Part shown: positions 12,153 to 26,100 of the stretch, piece by piece
How the letters are laid out: every line of letters begins with the position of its first letter
Position numbering within the stretch: the stretch's first letter is position 1
Source: Phoronis australis
Lineage: Eukaryota; Animalia; Phoronida
Direction of reading: 5' to 3'
DNA: 64,000 bases
NCBI GenBank assembly: GCA_002633005.1
Contig: NMRA01000493.1
Location: 111,647 to 175,646 of the forward strand
Program-made: the position numbers and the translations under genes
Notes under the pieces: generated by a model
The model's input: the letters and a program-made list of their open reading frames with translations, nothing else
Database searches by the model: none
What the model was told of the DNA's origin: nothing

Positions 12153-15100
12153 GTGATCATTTAGATCCAAAAATCCAACTTCAAGCCTTCTTCATTACAG
12201 GCTAACTTTTGGTCTTAGTGAGCCCAATTTTGGTCAAAATTAGCCCAATTTTAGTCTTAATTAGCCTAATTTTGATCTAACTTAAGACAGGTTTCATGAA
12301 ACGTGTGCCACAGGTCTCAAAAATGACACAAAAGTTTTTTCCATGACCAGAAATTAGGTCTAATTTATGTAAGGAACAATTTAGGAGCAATTTCATAACT
12401 ATAAATAGTCAAAAGTTAGTTTTTTTGTGATGGAATTCTAGTTTATTGACTTTTGTGCATCAAGGAAAACTGTTGGACATGTGCCACAGAGATCTCTGGT
12501 GGATATTGGCTGTCACAAGTTACCTGTTGTAGTTGTTTGACAAACAGTAACTACGTAGCATAAACCTGATGTAGGTCTAACCTCTTGTTGTTTTTTCAGC
12601 ACAAAAGGTCACGTCGGAATTGAAGGATCTCACAAAACAGGTTGGTTTGTGTTCGTTTGTTTCTGGATGAAGTTTTTCCATTGGGTCTTGCTTTTTCATC
12701 AGTTTTGTTGGTTTATATTTTGTTTCTGTTTGTACGCAACAGGTTGCATACCTTATCCTATAGACATGAAATTTACATACCATATGTGACCCAGCACGAC
12801 AAAATGAGTCTTAAGTCGGAAACTCTATTTCCTGACCAGACTGCAAACAGTCTCTTTCGGTGAAAATTAGGTAAAAAAATTTTTATGGCAGATTATGATT
12901 ATTTATTCATTTTACTTCACAAAACATTGCTTTAAAACAAGCAAACTTCATTTTAAATCTTATTTATTTCATTTTGAAAAACATCACCTTCTCCACGACT
13001 GGATAGCTTGTGAAATTTTCATAAAAATTTGCCGGTTTTTGTGACCTCATTGCTCAGTCACCCGATGACCCAATTCACTCATAAACACATCAACAGAAAG
13101 GTCAAACTCTGCTCATTATGCTTGTAGTAAGCTCTTTGAGTTTTTCGTCCAATCATTAGTCATAATTTCGCTTTTTGCATTCGGGATAAATTCAACAGAA
13201 GTGCCACTCATCAGTCTTTTTGCTTGCAACGACCTTTTAACCTAATACATCGCTGACCTTATTCGCTAGAACTAGTTAAGTGGGCGTGGAACTGTGGGGT
13301 CGCGAGGTCACGGCATGTTTACAAGACAGTAAGATGGCTGATCGCCGTATAGCTGATATCTCAGTGATTAACTCATGCCTCTGACTGCCGTATCAAGATC
13401 AGCGAGAATTAACTGAACTCAGAGCACATTTGTGGATGGAGACAAGGAGGAATTTCGTGACAGCGACGAGTCGTCTGACGGCAGCAACTCGTCACCAGAT
13501 GCGTTTCATGATCGACCCATCGTGAATACGGTCATGTTGGATTGGAACAAGCAGAACGTGAAGAAAACAGTCCGTATTAGCTTAATCGCAGAACAATGTC
13601 TTTTACCTGCAAAGCCAGTGGATCGGGGTGCATGCAGCTGAATATTACTGCAAGAGGGAACAATCTTCAATAGGGCTGAATCACTCCGTGAGAAGTCGAG
13701 GAAATCGTTGCTCTGCATTCAGTGTCAGTTGACTTGGATAGGGATGAGTGATTATTTTTTTCAAAATTATTAAAACTACCGTAAAATTTCGAATTATTGT
13801 GAACAAAAGTCAGCCACTAGTGTGTATTTTGTAATCTACTGACTTCATTTTATTAAACTTCTCCAAAATACACTTTAACTACCTGTTTTACTTGCGATAA
13901 CCCCTCCTGCCACAAGTGGACTGATCCTGTATACTTTAGCTTGGAAATTAATTGATCCAGTTGCAGCAACCCAATATGAATATCACTCGTTTTTGGCTGA
14001 AATTACATAATAAGGTCTATATTTTTTTCTAATTTTTGAATACATTTATTTGTTTATGTTGTTGTGTATACTAATAAGTCTAAATTGTAGCATTCAATTG
14101 CGGCTTGCTATTGACACTTTTCTCTGCTATTTTTCTTGACTTTTGTAAGCTCTACCCGACTAGTAAGAATTGGCAATAACTCGGTCATTTGCTAAGATAA
14201 GGACATGTTTCATACATTGAAATGGTCAAAAAATAACAATTACAAAAATGACAAATCCCGACTTAAGACTCATTTTGTGGTGCTGGGTCACATATGTATC
14301 TTGTCCATAGCTAGAAGCCTATTGTTTTTGGTTGAAATCGGATGTTAGAGGGCACTGTGTCAACCATTTCTCATGTTGCAGTCCCTGGAGAGATTTCTCA
14401 TCATGTGGATAGGCCTTATCGAGTATTATCTGGCATACTCCATCTGGTTTTTGCTACATCTTACTGTGGTCGAATTATTTGAGATTTTCTGATGACTGGT
14501 TTTTTATCGATTGATTTCTCATGCCGTATCATCAGCATCCCTTGATGAATAGATAGGTCTTGCCAGGGGTTATCTGCAGTGTGTCATGCATTTCTCATTT
14601 TGTCTTGCGGTTATTTGAGTTCTACTGATCTAATGACAAACAACATGTATCTTGGTAAAACCTCCAGTCCTATGGTTTTGGGGTGAAATTCAATGCAAGG
14701 AGGCGCAGTGATTGCCCTTTGTCAAATAATGTGTGTGGATAGATCTCATTAAGGGATGTCTGGAGTTTGTCATCCATTTCTCGCCACGCCTTACCATTTT
14801 TAAGTTATTGGAGATTTCCTTGATTTGGTGACTGCTCTTGTAATGACTGATTCCTCAATGCTCTTTGTTGGTTTATCATTTACTGTTAGTGAAAATGGTC
14901 CTTGATCCTCATACAACATCAACATCATCATGTTTCATTTGATTTTGTAAGGTAATCGCTCTCTGGTGTGCTTTCATTTGTGTTTTCTTTGTGTGTTTTC
15001 CCTTATGATGATAAACTTGTCTTTGCTCTTCAAACATACATCTTGGGAAAATCTATGCATGTTATGACTCCAGCTGTCACATAGGCTTGAAAAAGCCAGT

Positions 15101-15379
15101 AGACGCTGATGAAATGTTACCCTTTCATGTCAAGTAAGTTCAGTAATGACTCATAATTTTCTGCATGTTACACATCTTGGAATTTTTGCAGAAACATAAA
15201 TGTGCTCATCTGTCTTCCAGGTTAGCCCGTCAGATGTTTCCAGCCTTGCAGCTGTCCGCTCAGCAATGGGTGTTGCTACTCAGGACCAGACGGTTGACGC
15301 TGCAGCAGAGATCAACAAACAACTGCAGGAAATAATCAAGGGACATCAGGAGTCATCAGAGGAAACAATGGACTCTTAA
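8816..15379 (+). CDS. BRD7: Bromodomain-containing protein 7/9 family, 3' part (last 4 coding exons: 8816-8978, 10814-10981, 12600-12640, 15221-15379)
   Basis: Canonical AG/GT junctions with consistent phases (1,1,0). They splice to ...IDFESVRSLSELGIDTSFIDDI-EVDFKK...IQQKLDNMAELINTLETTQSQRLSQKPTQHLAHIPGPTENENQL-AQKVTSELKDLTKQ-VSPSDVSSLAAVRSAMGV...ETMDS*. This matches the recalled BRD7 C-terminus (QKKLDETTRLLRELQEAQNERLS...GPS..E..LAEQVTNNLKELAQQVTPGD...VRKAMG). No upstream (bromodomain) exons were found in the window. Confidence 0.9.
11900..12310. mobile_element. Dispersed repeat fragment (second copy at ~49620-49885), interrupted by a (TA)n microsatellite
   Basis: Collinear shared blocks: gaagaccctggtatgg, aatc.aaagca, agcccaattttggt, taagacag..tttcatgaaa. 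(TA)n lies at ~12114-12152. Confidence 0.55.
12786..14291 (+). mobile_element. Non-autonomous Sola-like DNA transposon with ATAT target-site duplication
   Basis: ~34-bp TIRs GTGACCCAGCAC(G/C)ACAAAATGAGTCTTAAGTCGG, flanked by ATAT (12782-85 and 14292-95). 4-bp AWWT TSDs are typical of Sola1. A broken coding-like stretch lies at 13334-13750. Confidence 0.7.
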
Positions 15380-15556
15380 TTGATGTAATTCTGGATGGAT
15401 TGGTGGAGATCCAGTAGCTGCAAAAAGTCATGTTATAGAGACATTGTTAGTGTCTAGCAAAGATAGTATTGTAATTTTTTCTCGTTTCTGTTGTCTTCTA
15501 CTTCTTTTCATATTTTGAGCTATTTTGTAAACTCAGTTAAGTCCCTTTCATTTGTC

Positions 15557-15900
15557 TAAATGGACACTAATCCAGTTTTGACCCTGTTAAAACAGAATAA
15601 TTAAAAACGACTTTCCCATCCAGTTCAGTCTGTAACAATGTGATGCTCTGTAACCCACACCAACCTTCAAAAGTTTGGAGCAAAATTTAGAACTCCTTTC
15701 TAAGTCTGCTTAACAGGCAAGCTTCAGTCGAGTTACACAGCAACTCCAGGGAAAGATCACCCACCATGAACTATGATATCCAGAGAGTGTTTTGAGTAGA
15801 ATCCTGTTTTTGTCACTCAAGTGAAAGGCCAGTAATGCATTAACAGGTGACAGAACGAAGGTTGGTTGAAATTAACAAAACAGGGTTTAGTGTCCTTTTA
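15557..15900. mobile_element. MITE with ~24-bp imperfect TIRs in the presumed BRD7 3' UTR (Kolobok-like ends)
   Basis: Left end taaatggacactaatccagttttg versus reverse complement of the right end taaaaggacactaaaccctgttttg. Confidence 0.5.
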
Positions 15901-16553
15901 AAGGTTAAAAAACGATGGAGTTTTATCCTCTCGCTGTATGTTCTCAACTTTGTTTTAGTTTGTCATGAGCTATAGACCTTTTGTAGATTTCTGTTTCACT
16001 TGTGTTGAGTTCATGTTGCTAACCATGCTACTGCACAACAGCTGTTCAACTATAGGATTGTAATACTTCTGCTCTGGTTCTCCATCTGCAAAGCTGTAGA
16101 CCTTATGCAAGGTTATGCAACAAGGTGATGACTGTTGTTTCACTAGTCTGTGGTCTATTGTTGATGAGAATAAGCTGTTTGTAAAATATTAATGTGGTTT
16201 GTGAAAAATGAAACATGTTTCCAAGAAAAGAATTGTCTTGAGTAAGATAAAGTCCTTGAGAAAGTTGTAATGGAAAGTATGCACTGTTTACTGCTCTGTT
16301 CACTTGTTGTCTGATCAGAAAGTAGACAGTAGCACAGTAATGAATTGGGTCAGGACAGTGATCATTACATATTACATACAGTTGTCACACTCCAGCCCTC
16401 TGACTACACCATCACAGTCACGTTGCCATAACTACCTTTTGAGATTAGAGGGACACCTTAGGAGGCTGTTGATGTATTTAAAACCTTCCAACTCAACAAA
16501 TATTTCGGCAATAAGTCTGTCAGTGTCATTGCCACTTTATCCAGGTACAAGAA

Positions 16554-16668
16554 GTGGTAACCCTGGCAACCGAAGCATTAGCAAACCCTGGTGGTAACCC
16601 TGGCAACCAAAGCATTAGCAAACCCTGGTGGTAACCCTGGCAACCGAAGCATTAGCAAACCCTGGTGG
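16554..16668. repeat. 37-bp tandem repeat x3
   Basis: gtggtaaccctggcaacc(g/a)aagcattagcaaaccctg x3. Confidence 0.95.
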
Positions 16669-17440
16669 ATCCTCAGTGATTTGCTTAGTCCCAAGGTCAT
16701 GGAGGTCGATCTCCATATTATATGCAGTCAATACAGAAAGACTTAGTTCGCATGTCAGTGACTTAGGTCTTTCTTTTTCACAATGCCAGTAATACTTCAG
16801 ATGGCACTACAATTGGTAGAATTAGTTGAATTAGTTGAATAGCCCAGGGTTGGATAGGTTGAGATGATTTGGGATTAGTTGGATTCAACTAAAATCAACT
16901 AATTCAACTATTCCCTCTAATCGCTGCGCCACCTGCAGGGGCAGTTTGGTAACAAACATGATGTCAGCAACAGGCTTGCATCAGTGTTGATGACGGGATA
17001 AGTTGGGATTAGTTGGGTTCAACTAAACATTCTGACATGTATGCCAAAAAGCACTGACCAAATCATGGTGAACTTCGATGAACAAACCTTTCGTTTAGGT
17101 TAAGTAGGCATGAATAACATTGGCGGATTTAGGGGGGGCAGGGTTCTCAGATCCAATTTCAAGTGTTCGGAACACGCCGGCGCAATCGTAACGAAACGAT
17201 ATCCCAGGCGACCGGCAGTGGCGCTGCGCACTACGACTCCGTTTCCGTCGTCTGCTTCACTGTGCAATGAAGAAGATTACTTCATTTTTTAAAGAAAATG
17301 GAATCTGAGTGACCATGAAAAAACAGAAGCTGCTGGTAAGATGTGAATTTTGATCGAATCCTTAGTGAATCACTCAGAAACTAATAATTCTCTCTTTGTC
17401 AAACCTTAACTTAAGACGATTTCCAAAGCAATCGCGTCCT

Positions 17441-18320
17441 NNNNNNNNNNNNNNNNNNNNNNNNNNNNNNNNNNNNNNNNNNNNNNNNNNNNNNNNNNNN
17501 NNNNNNNNNNNNNNNNNNNNNNNNNNNNNNNNNNNNNNNNNNNNNNNNNNNNNNNNNNNNNNNNNNNNNNNNNNNNNNNNNNNNNNNNNNNNNNNNNNNN
17601 NNNNNNNNNNNNNNNNNNNNNNNNNNNNNNNNNNNNNNNNNNNNNNNNNNNNNNNNNNNNNNNNNNNNNNNNNNNNNNNNNNNNNNNNNNNNNNNNNNNN
17701 NNNNNNNNNNNNNNNNNNNNNNNNNNNNNNNNNNNNNNNNNNNNNNNNNNNNNNNNNNNNNNNNNNNNNNNNNNNNNNNNNNNNNNNNNNNNNNNNNNNN
17801 NNNNNNNNNNNNNNNNNNNNNNNNNNNNNNNNNNNNNNNNNNNNNNNNNNNNNNNNNNNNNNNNNNNNNNNNNNNNNNNNNNNNNNNNNNNNNNNNNNNN
17901 NNNNNNNNNNNNNNNNNNNNNNNNNNNNNNNNNNNNNNNNNNNNNNNNNNNNNNNNNNNNNNNNNNNNNNNNNNNNNNNNNNNNNNNNNNNNNNNNNNNN
18001 NNNNNNNNNNNNNNNNNNNNNNNNNNNNNNNNNNNNNNNNNNNNNNNNNNNNNNNNNNNNNNNNNNNNNNNNNNNNNNNNNNNNNNNNNNNNNNNNNNNN
18101 NNNNNNNNNNNNNNNNNNNNNNNNNNNNNNNNNNNNNNNNNNNNNNNNNNNNNNNNNNNNNNNNNNNNNNNNNNNNNNNNNNNNNNNNNNNNNNNNNNNN
18201 NNNNNNNNNNNNNNNNNNNNNNNNNNNNNNNNNNNNNNNNNNNNNNNNNNNNNNNNNNNNNNNNNNNNNNNNNNNNNNNNNNNNNNNNNNNNNNNNNNNN
18301 NNNNNNNNNNNNNNNNNNNN
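17441..18320. other. Assembly gap (880 N)
   Basis: Run of N. The ORFs spanning it are artefacts. Confidence 1.
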
Positions 18321-20054
18321 GGTGATTGTCGGGCCCGCCGGGGCAATTGGAGTTGTTCCCGTTTTCACGATCGACAGTCTTTGAAATTATTACACACTGA
18401 TGTGATCGTTACTGGTTGGATCTAACAGCTCATCATGACATGATGAGGGTAGGCTTAATACCAGACTTTGACTGGACTACTTGAAGGGTAATGCATTTCG
18501 AGTGCTGAACACAAATGCTGCTTTTAATCGCGACCAGCCGGCACATCGCGGACTGAGCATCTTTTGGATTTTTTATTCACCACCTTCAGGAACATCGGCC
18601 GTCACAAATTCACATGGTTCAAAAATTACAGTCCAAAAACATTGGGCATGCTCGAGAGTGTGGCAATATAGTAAAGAAATCCCATATTTCTGTATCTATG
18701 GTCACAACCTCCTGAATCCTGACTTCAATCACGCAGACTTGCATTTTTTGTCGAGCATGATTGCGTTGCAGTAGTAGAATCACCGTTTGCATTGTTCGGC
18801 TTCGCAGGATGCTCGCAACTCACTGCGTACAGGCAGGCCGCTGTCCCCGAGGCTACTATGTCGACCGCTGTGTGCAAAACCTCTAAACAAAACTAAGAGA
18901 TTAGTTGGCCCTAAAAACAAGATCGATCGGACAAGAAGGGGCATCTTTTCTGTCATCTTGAAAAACAGACACTTTGAAGATCATTTAAACTGAACTCGTT
19001 GCCTTCGCCCGTTAGCTGGCTACAAAAACGAAAATTGACGATATTTTTATACGATGTAAACAACAAGAACATCATAACCATTGATATCATAATACACATG
19101 ATGACTATGGTCATAATCACAACGACTCAAGAAAACGCTTCAGGGTTTACTGGTGTTGGCTTATACGGTAAGTTACAAAATTTGCGAATTCGAAAATTGT
19201 ACCACGAATATTTTAGTCTGTCATCATACTAGATTTGAGAACCGCAATTAGAGTAGATCAATTCTGTGAGAATAAAATGTCTATTTCCCGATTGCAGTTC
19301 TTTTTTAGCTAGCGAACAGGGATAAAGCTGGACGTCCACTCTGACCACCTGTTCTAAGCGCGATTCTCCACCAAATAAGAGGTTTTCAGTCACTTCCACT
19401 TTTTGTAGGTAAAATTGTCACTTTTAGTCAAATGCGCTTTATTTTCTTTAGCAATGCCTTCTGGTTATATACATATCTTCGTTGAAACATTCGGCTGAAT
19501 GACTTTGGCGAAAAGTTCCAACTCCAGTTTTTGGGTCGCCGTTAACTTTTTTACCTCGCGCAATAACCACAAACGTCACGCTATCGAGTTGGGCAAAAAT
19601 TAACAGTAACACTTGCAAAATGTATCGAGGAGATACCCGATGGAATTTGTAAGATTCGGTTTGTGTCCCTTGGACTGTTTAAATTCGCCAACAAACGTCA
19701 TTCGCGTAACTTTCCCAAAATGGCACCCGGACAGAGGAGCTCGAGCGAATCGCGATAGATTTTCTTGGACATGTAACATTTATATTGAATAGATTGCCTC
19801 CAGGGTCATGCTATGTGTGAATTAATACACGTTTCATTCGATAGTCTTCGCTGTGAGTAACTTTTTATGGGGTTGTAGGCCTCGCTAGAGTCGCCCTTGT
19901 ATGGCTACCTAATCTCATCCTGATATTTTTCATTAAAACGAAAAATAACTACTTTACAGATACATCTGTCCATATTTTTTTCCGTTTTCTAAATCTTTCC
20001 CAACCGTGTCTTTCCTGCCCCTCGCTGCCGTTGCCAGGTTTCAGAGGTGCAGAA

Positions 20055-20128
20055 CGAGTGATGTCACTCCTCAGTTTAAAAGTTTATGACCTGACACCAC
20101 GTGATTAGTGCCTGACCTTTGACCTTTG
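20055..20128 (+). promoter_or_regulatory. Motif cluster upstream of coactosin ATG: CRE-like TGATGTCA, E-box CACGTG (20098-20103), perfect nuclear-receptor DR1 TGACCT-T-TGACCT (20113-20125)
   Basis: Motifs read directly 70-140 nt upstream of ATG 20195. Function is inferred only. Confidence 0.3.
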
Positions 20129-20194
20129 ATTAACCGGTGGGGCGTATCGGCACTGAAATTTACTGGCTTAGAAATTTACAAATTTGCCGTCACA

Positions 20195-23100
20195 ATGAGT
20201 TTCGACAAAGACGCACTGATTGAGGCGTACGAAGCTGTTCGTTCTGACGGGGATGAGAGAAACTGGTATGTTGTTGGAGCAATGAATTGTTTAAACATTC
20301 AAGTAATTTCCTTCACAGAGCAGCAACTCCTATTCCGTCTGCTGGGTGAGTCAGAACTCAGTGGGTCGCCTACAGTATTTATGTTCCTTGTCTCGGCTCG
20401 CTAGTGCCGACACCAGAGTATGTACGGTGACTATTGTCGAACTCCCATGTTACCCCTTTGTGCCGATGTTGAGCTACCGTGAACTTGTCAAACTACTCCA
20501 ATGTCCTTTTCGATCGATAACACGGGTGACATGTCACAACCTGTTGCCGTTGGTATTTTCATTATCCCAGGATTTTCCTTCACACGTCTTTGTGACTTAT
20601 TTTTCAAACTGTTGTCGATTACTACAGCTTAGTATTTATATTTTAGTTTGTCCTGTATGTTAACTTTGTTCAGTCGTCGTGTAATTTTCGTATCCAATGC
20701 AGGTAACATAAGTGTACTCACATTCAGGACGTATATTGGACGTCATCTCGGAGACGCCGACCGACGTTCTCTTGACTGGAAGATTTATGATTTTCATTGC
20801 TGCGGTGCGTTCCTGTACCACTGTGATACCTCTAAATCTTGATTGTGTTATCTGCGTCTACGGCATGTGCAGAAGAGACCCTATTGTCTCTGTCGTTGAT
20901 AACATGGTCTCAAAGCATGACATTTGTAGACCTTATGGTGCCGGTAATAATAGATATTGTCGCGATCGTTATTAAGTTTTCGTTCAAATTTTTGAAACTG
21001 GTGAAACACGTTATATATCAGTTTGATAGCCAGTGCGGCACTGTTATGTTGTTCATTCTCTACTCAATGAGTCACATGAAAGTTTTTAGCCACTCTAGGG
21101 TAAATTTAATTATAAGAAACTCGGTTCAATTACGCTTCGTGTATTGATAACAAACACAAAAACTTGGGCGATGTATCAAAGCCGAGTTTCAGTATGTATA
21201 AACTCTAAGGTACAAAGAGTGGGGTTCCTCGCTTGTAACTCGACACAGCTTGTCCACCGACAACGAACTTGTCCCACACTGTTTGACTTGATGATTAGCA
21301 TCGTGTGCGCATAGAACACGCACACTGGTGTAATTAGATTTAACGTGGGTGGGGTGAAGCGACTAAGTCTACATTTTAAATATTCCTTGAGGAGTTGTGC
21401 TTTTCTCGTGTGACGATCGTGCTAATGGATTTATATCTATTACCTTATTCAAACACTGAATGCGTTTTGTGGCTCATGATATGCTAATCTAATAGCTGTT
21501 GCAGAGGAGATAATTTTTCGAACTTGTTGAACTTTGACCCCCATTTCGTTGAGACGAAGTTGATGGGTATTATCAGATTATACGGAACTTTTGTAACCCA
21601 GATTCATATCGACCTCGTATAATCATTACGCCCTGAAAACATATCAGTCGTGATCAATACACATTCGTACTAAGTATTGTTACTGGCTTGGTACAACAGT
21701 GCTTGTTTTAGCGCAAACTTATCACATACTTGTGGTTGTCTGGGTAGGCAGAAAATAATGAAGCCAATATATGTTTTTCATTCCATTTACAGTTGAAAAA
21801 ACGCCAGTGCATTTTCTCGTTGTTATGTGGATATGATGCCTGGTAATGTGTATATTGAGTGTTGATGTGAACTTATCACCCTTGTACCAAGGCTATCGCA
21901 GTACCCGGTAGCATTGTTGTTATATTTTCTGTTAAAACAAGCACTAACTGGCATGTCACAGTCAGTAGTTCCGTTTACGTTATGCTTATTCGTTATATCG
22001 ACATTTGTAAAAAAAAACCAGTGCCCCACATTTTTACACTGGTCACCGCTCAACCCAGACAACTTTAATGATGCCTATTCAGCTCGCCCTTTGTATTGAT
22101 GTAGATCTGAGTGGAAAGGTAATAGCTTACTGGGTTACAGCATGCATGGAGAGTAGTTTTAACTTGGTAATTTGAAATATTACAAAATGACTAAAAAGTT
22201 AATTTGTTTTTATCTTCACAAAAAGACACTTCCCAAAGAAACGATGGTTTTGAAAATGTTTCATACCGGTTTTCGCTATTTCATTTTTAATGCTCCTGTC
22301 TACTTGTTTTTTTCTTACCGGGAACGGGTTAACATCTTAACATTTTATTTTTAAACTTGAAGTACTGAAACAGTGGTAAATTTTGATCGCCAGCGAAACT
22401 TAGTTTAGTCACTTGTGAACCCATGCCTCAACTTTCCAGATTACAGCTACACTAAACATGTCACAGCAAACAAAACTGCACGTGTCATTAGTTCAAGTTT
22501 GATCTTTATTTAAAACTCAAATCATAAAAATATACGAAAGCGCTGATATGGTAATAACGAAACTCAACATTTGGAATTTCTGGACAATTTCAGTTGCACT
22601 GACAACAAACCTTATCAAGCTTTTTGTCAGCCATAAAAAATGAAGAGTGGGCACAAGTTAAGGACAACTGTTTCTTAGTCAAAAATGTGGCTAAACGAGA
22701 ATATTGAAAGAATAATCTATATGGTATAATATGGTATAATATTGTTAACTCTCATCAGCATTTGTAAATCCACCAAGGATATCAATACGTACGGTCGTTT
22801 ATCTTCAATTGTACCTAATGTCTGTAGTTTTTAGCTTATTAGTTCATCGATTTTTAAAAATGGAAAACCATTCGTGGTCGTTTTTTTCCAGCCGTGGTGT
22901 TTGTTTTTAACGAAAATTTTTGGTTCATGCATTTTGAAAATTAGCCATTTTGTACAGGCAGAGATGTTTACGACAGTTAATGGTCCGGTAATTACACTTA
23001 ATTGGGTCTTACTCGCACCGGACAATGCGATCATCGCAACTGTATCCGACTCCGGTGGTGCCGCGCTCTCTTCAATCTTGGTAAAAGCCGCTCAGAAGGA

Positions 23101-26100
23101 CTAGCGATGAAAAGTCACGCATATCTTTAGAAATGTGTGACTTCCTTGTAAGCGTATTATTCACGGCAGTGGGCGACTGACAAGGGCTTTAACTTAAGAA
23201 AGTAATAATATAACCAAAGTTAGCCGGTTATGTATAGAAGTGGTTGAATTCATTGCTTATGTATGTGATTGACGGAACATTACCCAGCAGGATGGCCTTG
23301 AGAGACTGTTTACTCGTTTTTCAGGGTAGTGTTTAAATATGATGGCAACAACATTGTCGCAGACTCGATGGGAACAGAGTTTGACGAATTTCGCTCAAAG
23401 TTCGGAGGTAAGGGCAACTTTTGTTTGAACGATGAATTCATATCAGCTACAAAAATCGATGAAAAGAGAAAAGACGAATGTCTACTATGTACAGTATTTC
23501 GGCCTCCGCCGATGTTCTTTTGCTTAAAACGACTGTAAACCTGTGGCTGGACGACATCTCGAAGATTGGAACTTTAATGATTTAGCCCACTTACCGCTGA
23601 ATTGGTCTCAACTTGTTCCTTAGTGAGATGTGACCTGATTTCGTTCCGTTTCTATAGCTGAAGCATAGACTGTAGAGAGGAATGAAAATGACACACACTC
23701 TTCAAGTTGGCATGTCACGGTGACATGCCAACTTGAGTCTTTCTAAATACTAGAAATCACGTCTATTTTGACTAGCAATTTGAGACCCAACTCCATAACG
23801 CTACGTAAGTGGTTTTACAGCCGCTTAAAAGCATTATCAAAATTACCAAATGCAGCTTTAATTCTCAAGTAAGTTCATATCAGTTCCATGTTATGTTCAG
23901 CTTCACTGGCTAGCGAAAACCAGAGCTGTCCGTGAAAGGGTCATATTCGCCTGCAGTTACATGTATTTAATTTCATCACCATACGAATCGCGAAAAGGTT
24001 GATGTCTAAACACTTTCACTCACAGATTGATTAACGCGACCACAAGCAAGGACTTCTTTTCTTCGAGCGTTTGTGTCCTTTAAAAGGCTAAGCAGTCTGG
24101 CGTGTCCGCGACGCCGTAGCGGACACGCAGGGAACCAGCGAGGCTACAAACGTGCTAGCGAAAACGCCAGCCAGCACTACTCTTGGATAGGGGGAGTAAA
24201 ACTGTGTGACTCTTTGTAAGTTTGTAACCGCTCACATGATCGCCGTTTTGCTCTTGGCGAAACATTCTTTAACCAGTAATTTACGCCAGTCATGCCATCT
24301 GTTGCAAGTCACTTCGATATCGCTTACTCACGCTAGCGGTTTGAGTTACCCCCAAAACCTGAGTAGAGTTCTTCAGCTGTCTCGCTGCGAGAAAAACCTA
24401 GCCAAAATCAGTTAGAATCATTTGAAATACACGACGATATCTCGCGTAATCTCCCGAAGTCTTGCTTTTCTTGCAAGATCCCATAGCGTTATTAAACTCT
24501 ACCCTGCTAGCTGTTGTTCTGGCCAGGACTACATACTCTACGCAAGGGCAAGAGGGAATCATCTTTGAAAACAATGATTGCGCAAAGTGGAACTTGCACG
24601 CTAAATCTCTGGTCTAATTAGTTGGAAACACAACATATAGCGACAATACGAACATGAAGTACGTTCAAAATTGCCTATTATTTTTAAGAACGAGTTTTGT
24701 GTCGAAAGCGATGCGCCATAATTCACTCAACCGTATCCAGTAAGTATCGTGAAGTAGTGTTGGGCGATAACACTGCATGATGCGGGCTATTTGAGCCTCC
24801 AAGGTACCTATGTGAGCCTCCAAGGTACCTATTTGAGCCTCCAAGGTACCTATGTGAGCCCCCGAGGTACATGTACCTAATTAATGCAAAGATAACCTGT
24901 TTGCAGATTTTTTTGTTTTCACATTTGCAAGTTGTCAGTGAATTCAACTGCACTTTGTTTAGCGTAGATGATGTTCAAATCAGTATCATTGTCGTTTAGT
25001 TCTTGCTATACTAGTTAGTACCAGGGTTTTCCATAGATAAGCCCACCCGATGAAACGCCCATGGGCGTTTATTCGGAAAATTATGCCCGGTGTTACAACT
25101 TCTGGTAACAAGTGTCCAGATAGTGGGGCTTTATAAGGAAAATTTCCTCTTAAAAGCCCACTCTCAGTCAACTTTTTGTCCCAAATTCAGTTTTATGGAA
25201 CATTTATCATTTATAAAAATAAACAAGGTGTTGAAGAACCATGCATTTATTAACATAAAATTTAAAAAGATTGTTTTAAGTAAAAAATGTCAAAGTCCGC
25301 AAAATTATGTCTTTCCTTTACACGCCCCCCTTTTCCGAATAAACGTCCGTGCGTTTATTTGGTGTTACTAAAACGCCTGAAAATTTTCATTTTCCGATTA
25401 CACGCCCATGGGTTTATCAGCGGAAAATCCCGGTATCATGCAAATGCATCTTTAAAAGCGACTCGGATGGTGAGGAAACAAACATAACTACTGGCGAAAA
25501 TGACCCCATTTGCGAAAACCTCCTCTGTGTGTTTACTGCATTGCCGCGCCCGAAGCCCATGGTCAGGCGTCTACGGCGCGGAACTGCGCTTATAATGCGA
25601 AACTTAGGCGCATGCGTCAATACATGCGAACCACTCTGGTAAAAGAAGGCCGCGAATATAGGAATTATTTCGGATATACCCATTGTCCTAAAGGCGCGGT
25701 AATACGGTAGTACAAACTTTTTACCAAATTTCGTAAAAGTACACCAACGGATCTCCAAAGATAGAGAGGCAAAGGTAAAGAATTGGCATTAGGAGGCACA
25801 GTTGGGTGGGCCTACATGCGAATTAATGTATGGACCTATAAAAGGTACATTACCTGAATTTACATGCGAAACTTTGGCGCATGCGCCAATATGCGACCCA
25901 CTTAGGTAAAAACGGCAGCGAAAAAAGGCATTATTTCGGATATAAACCCATGGGCCTAAAGGTGCGGCAACTCGGTAAAATGCCAGGGAAACTGCTAGCG
26001 TCCATGTGAACGTAGTATTAGGGCTCTACTGACCCAGAATAGTAGAGTACCTCACTTTCTGAGCTGTGCTGGTTTTGTTTTCTGGAGCTTTTCAGTGACG

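Noticed and set aside
17396-18368. ~310-320-aa ORFs
   Set aside because: They are artefacts of the N gap.
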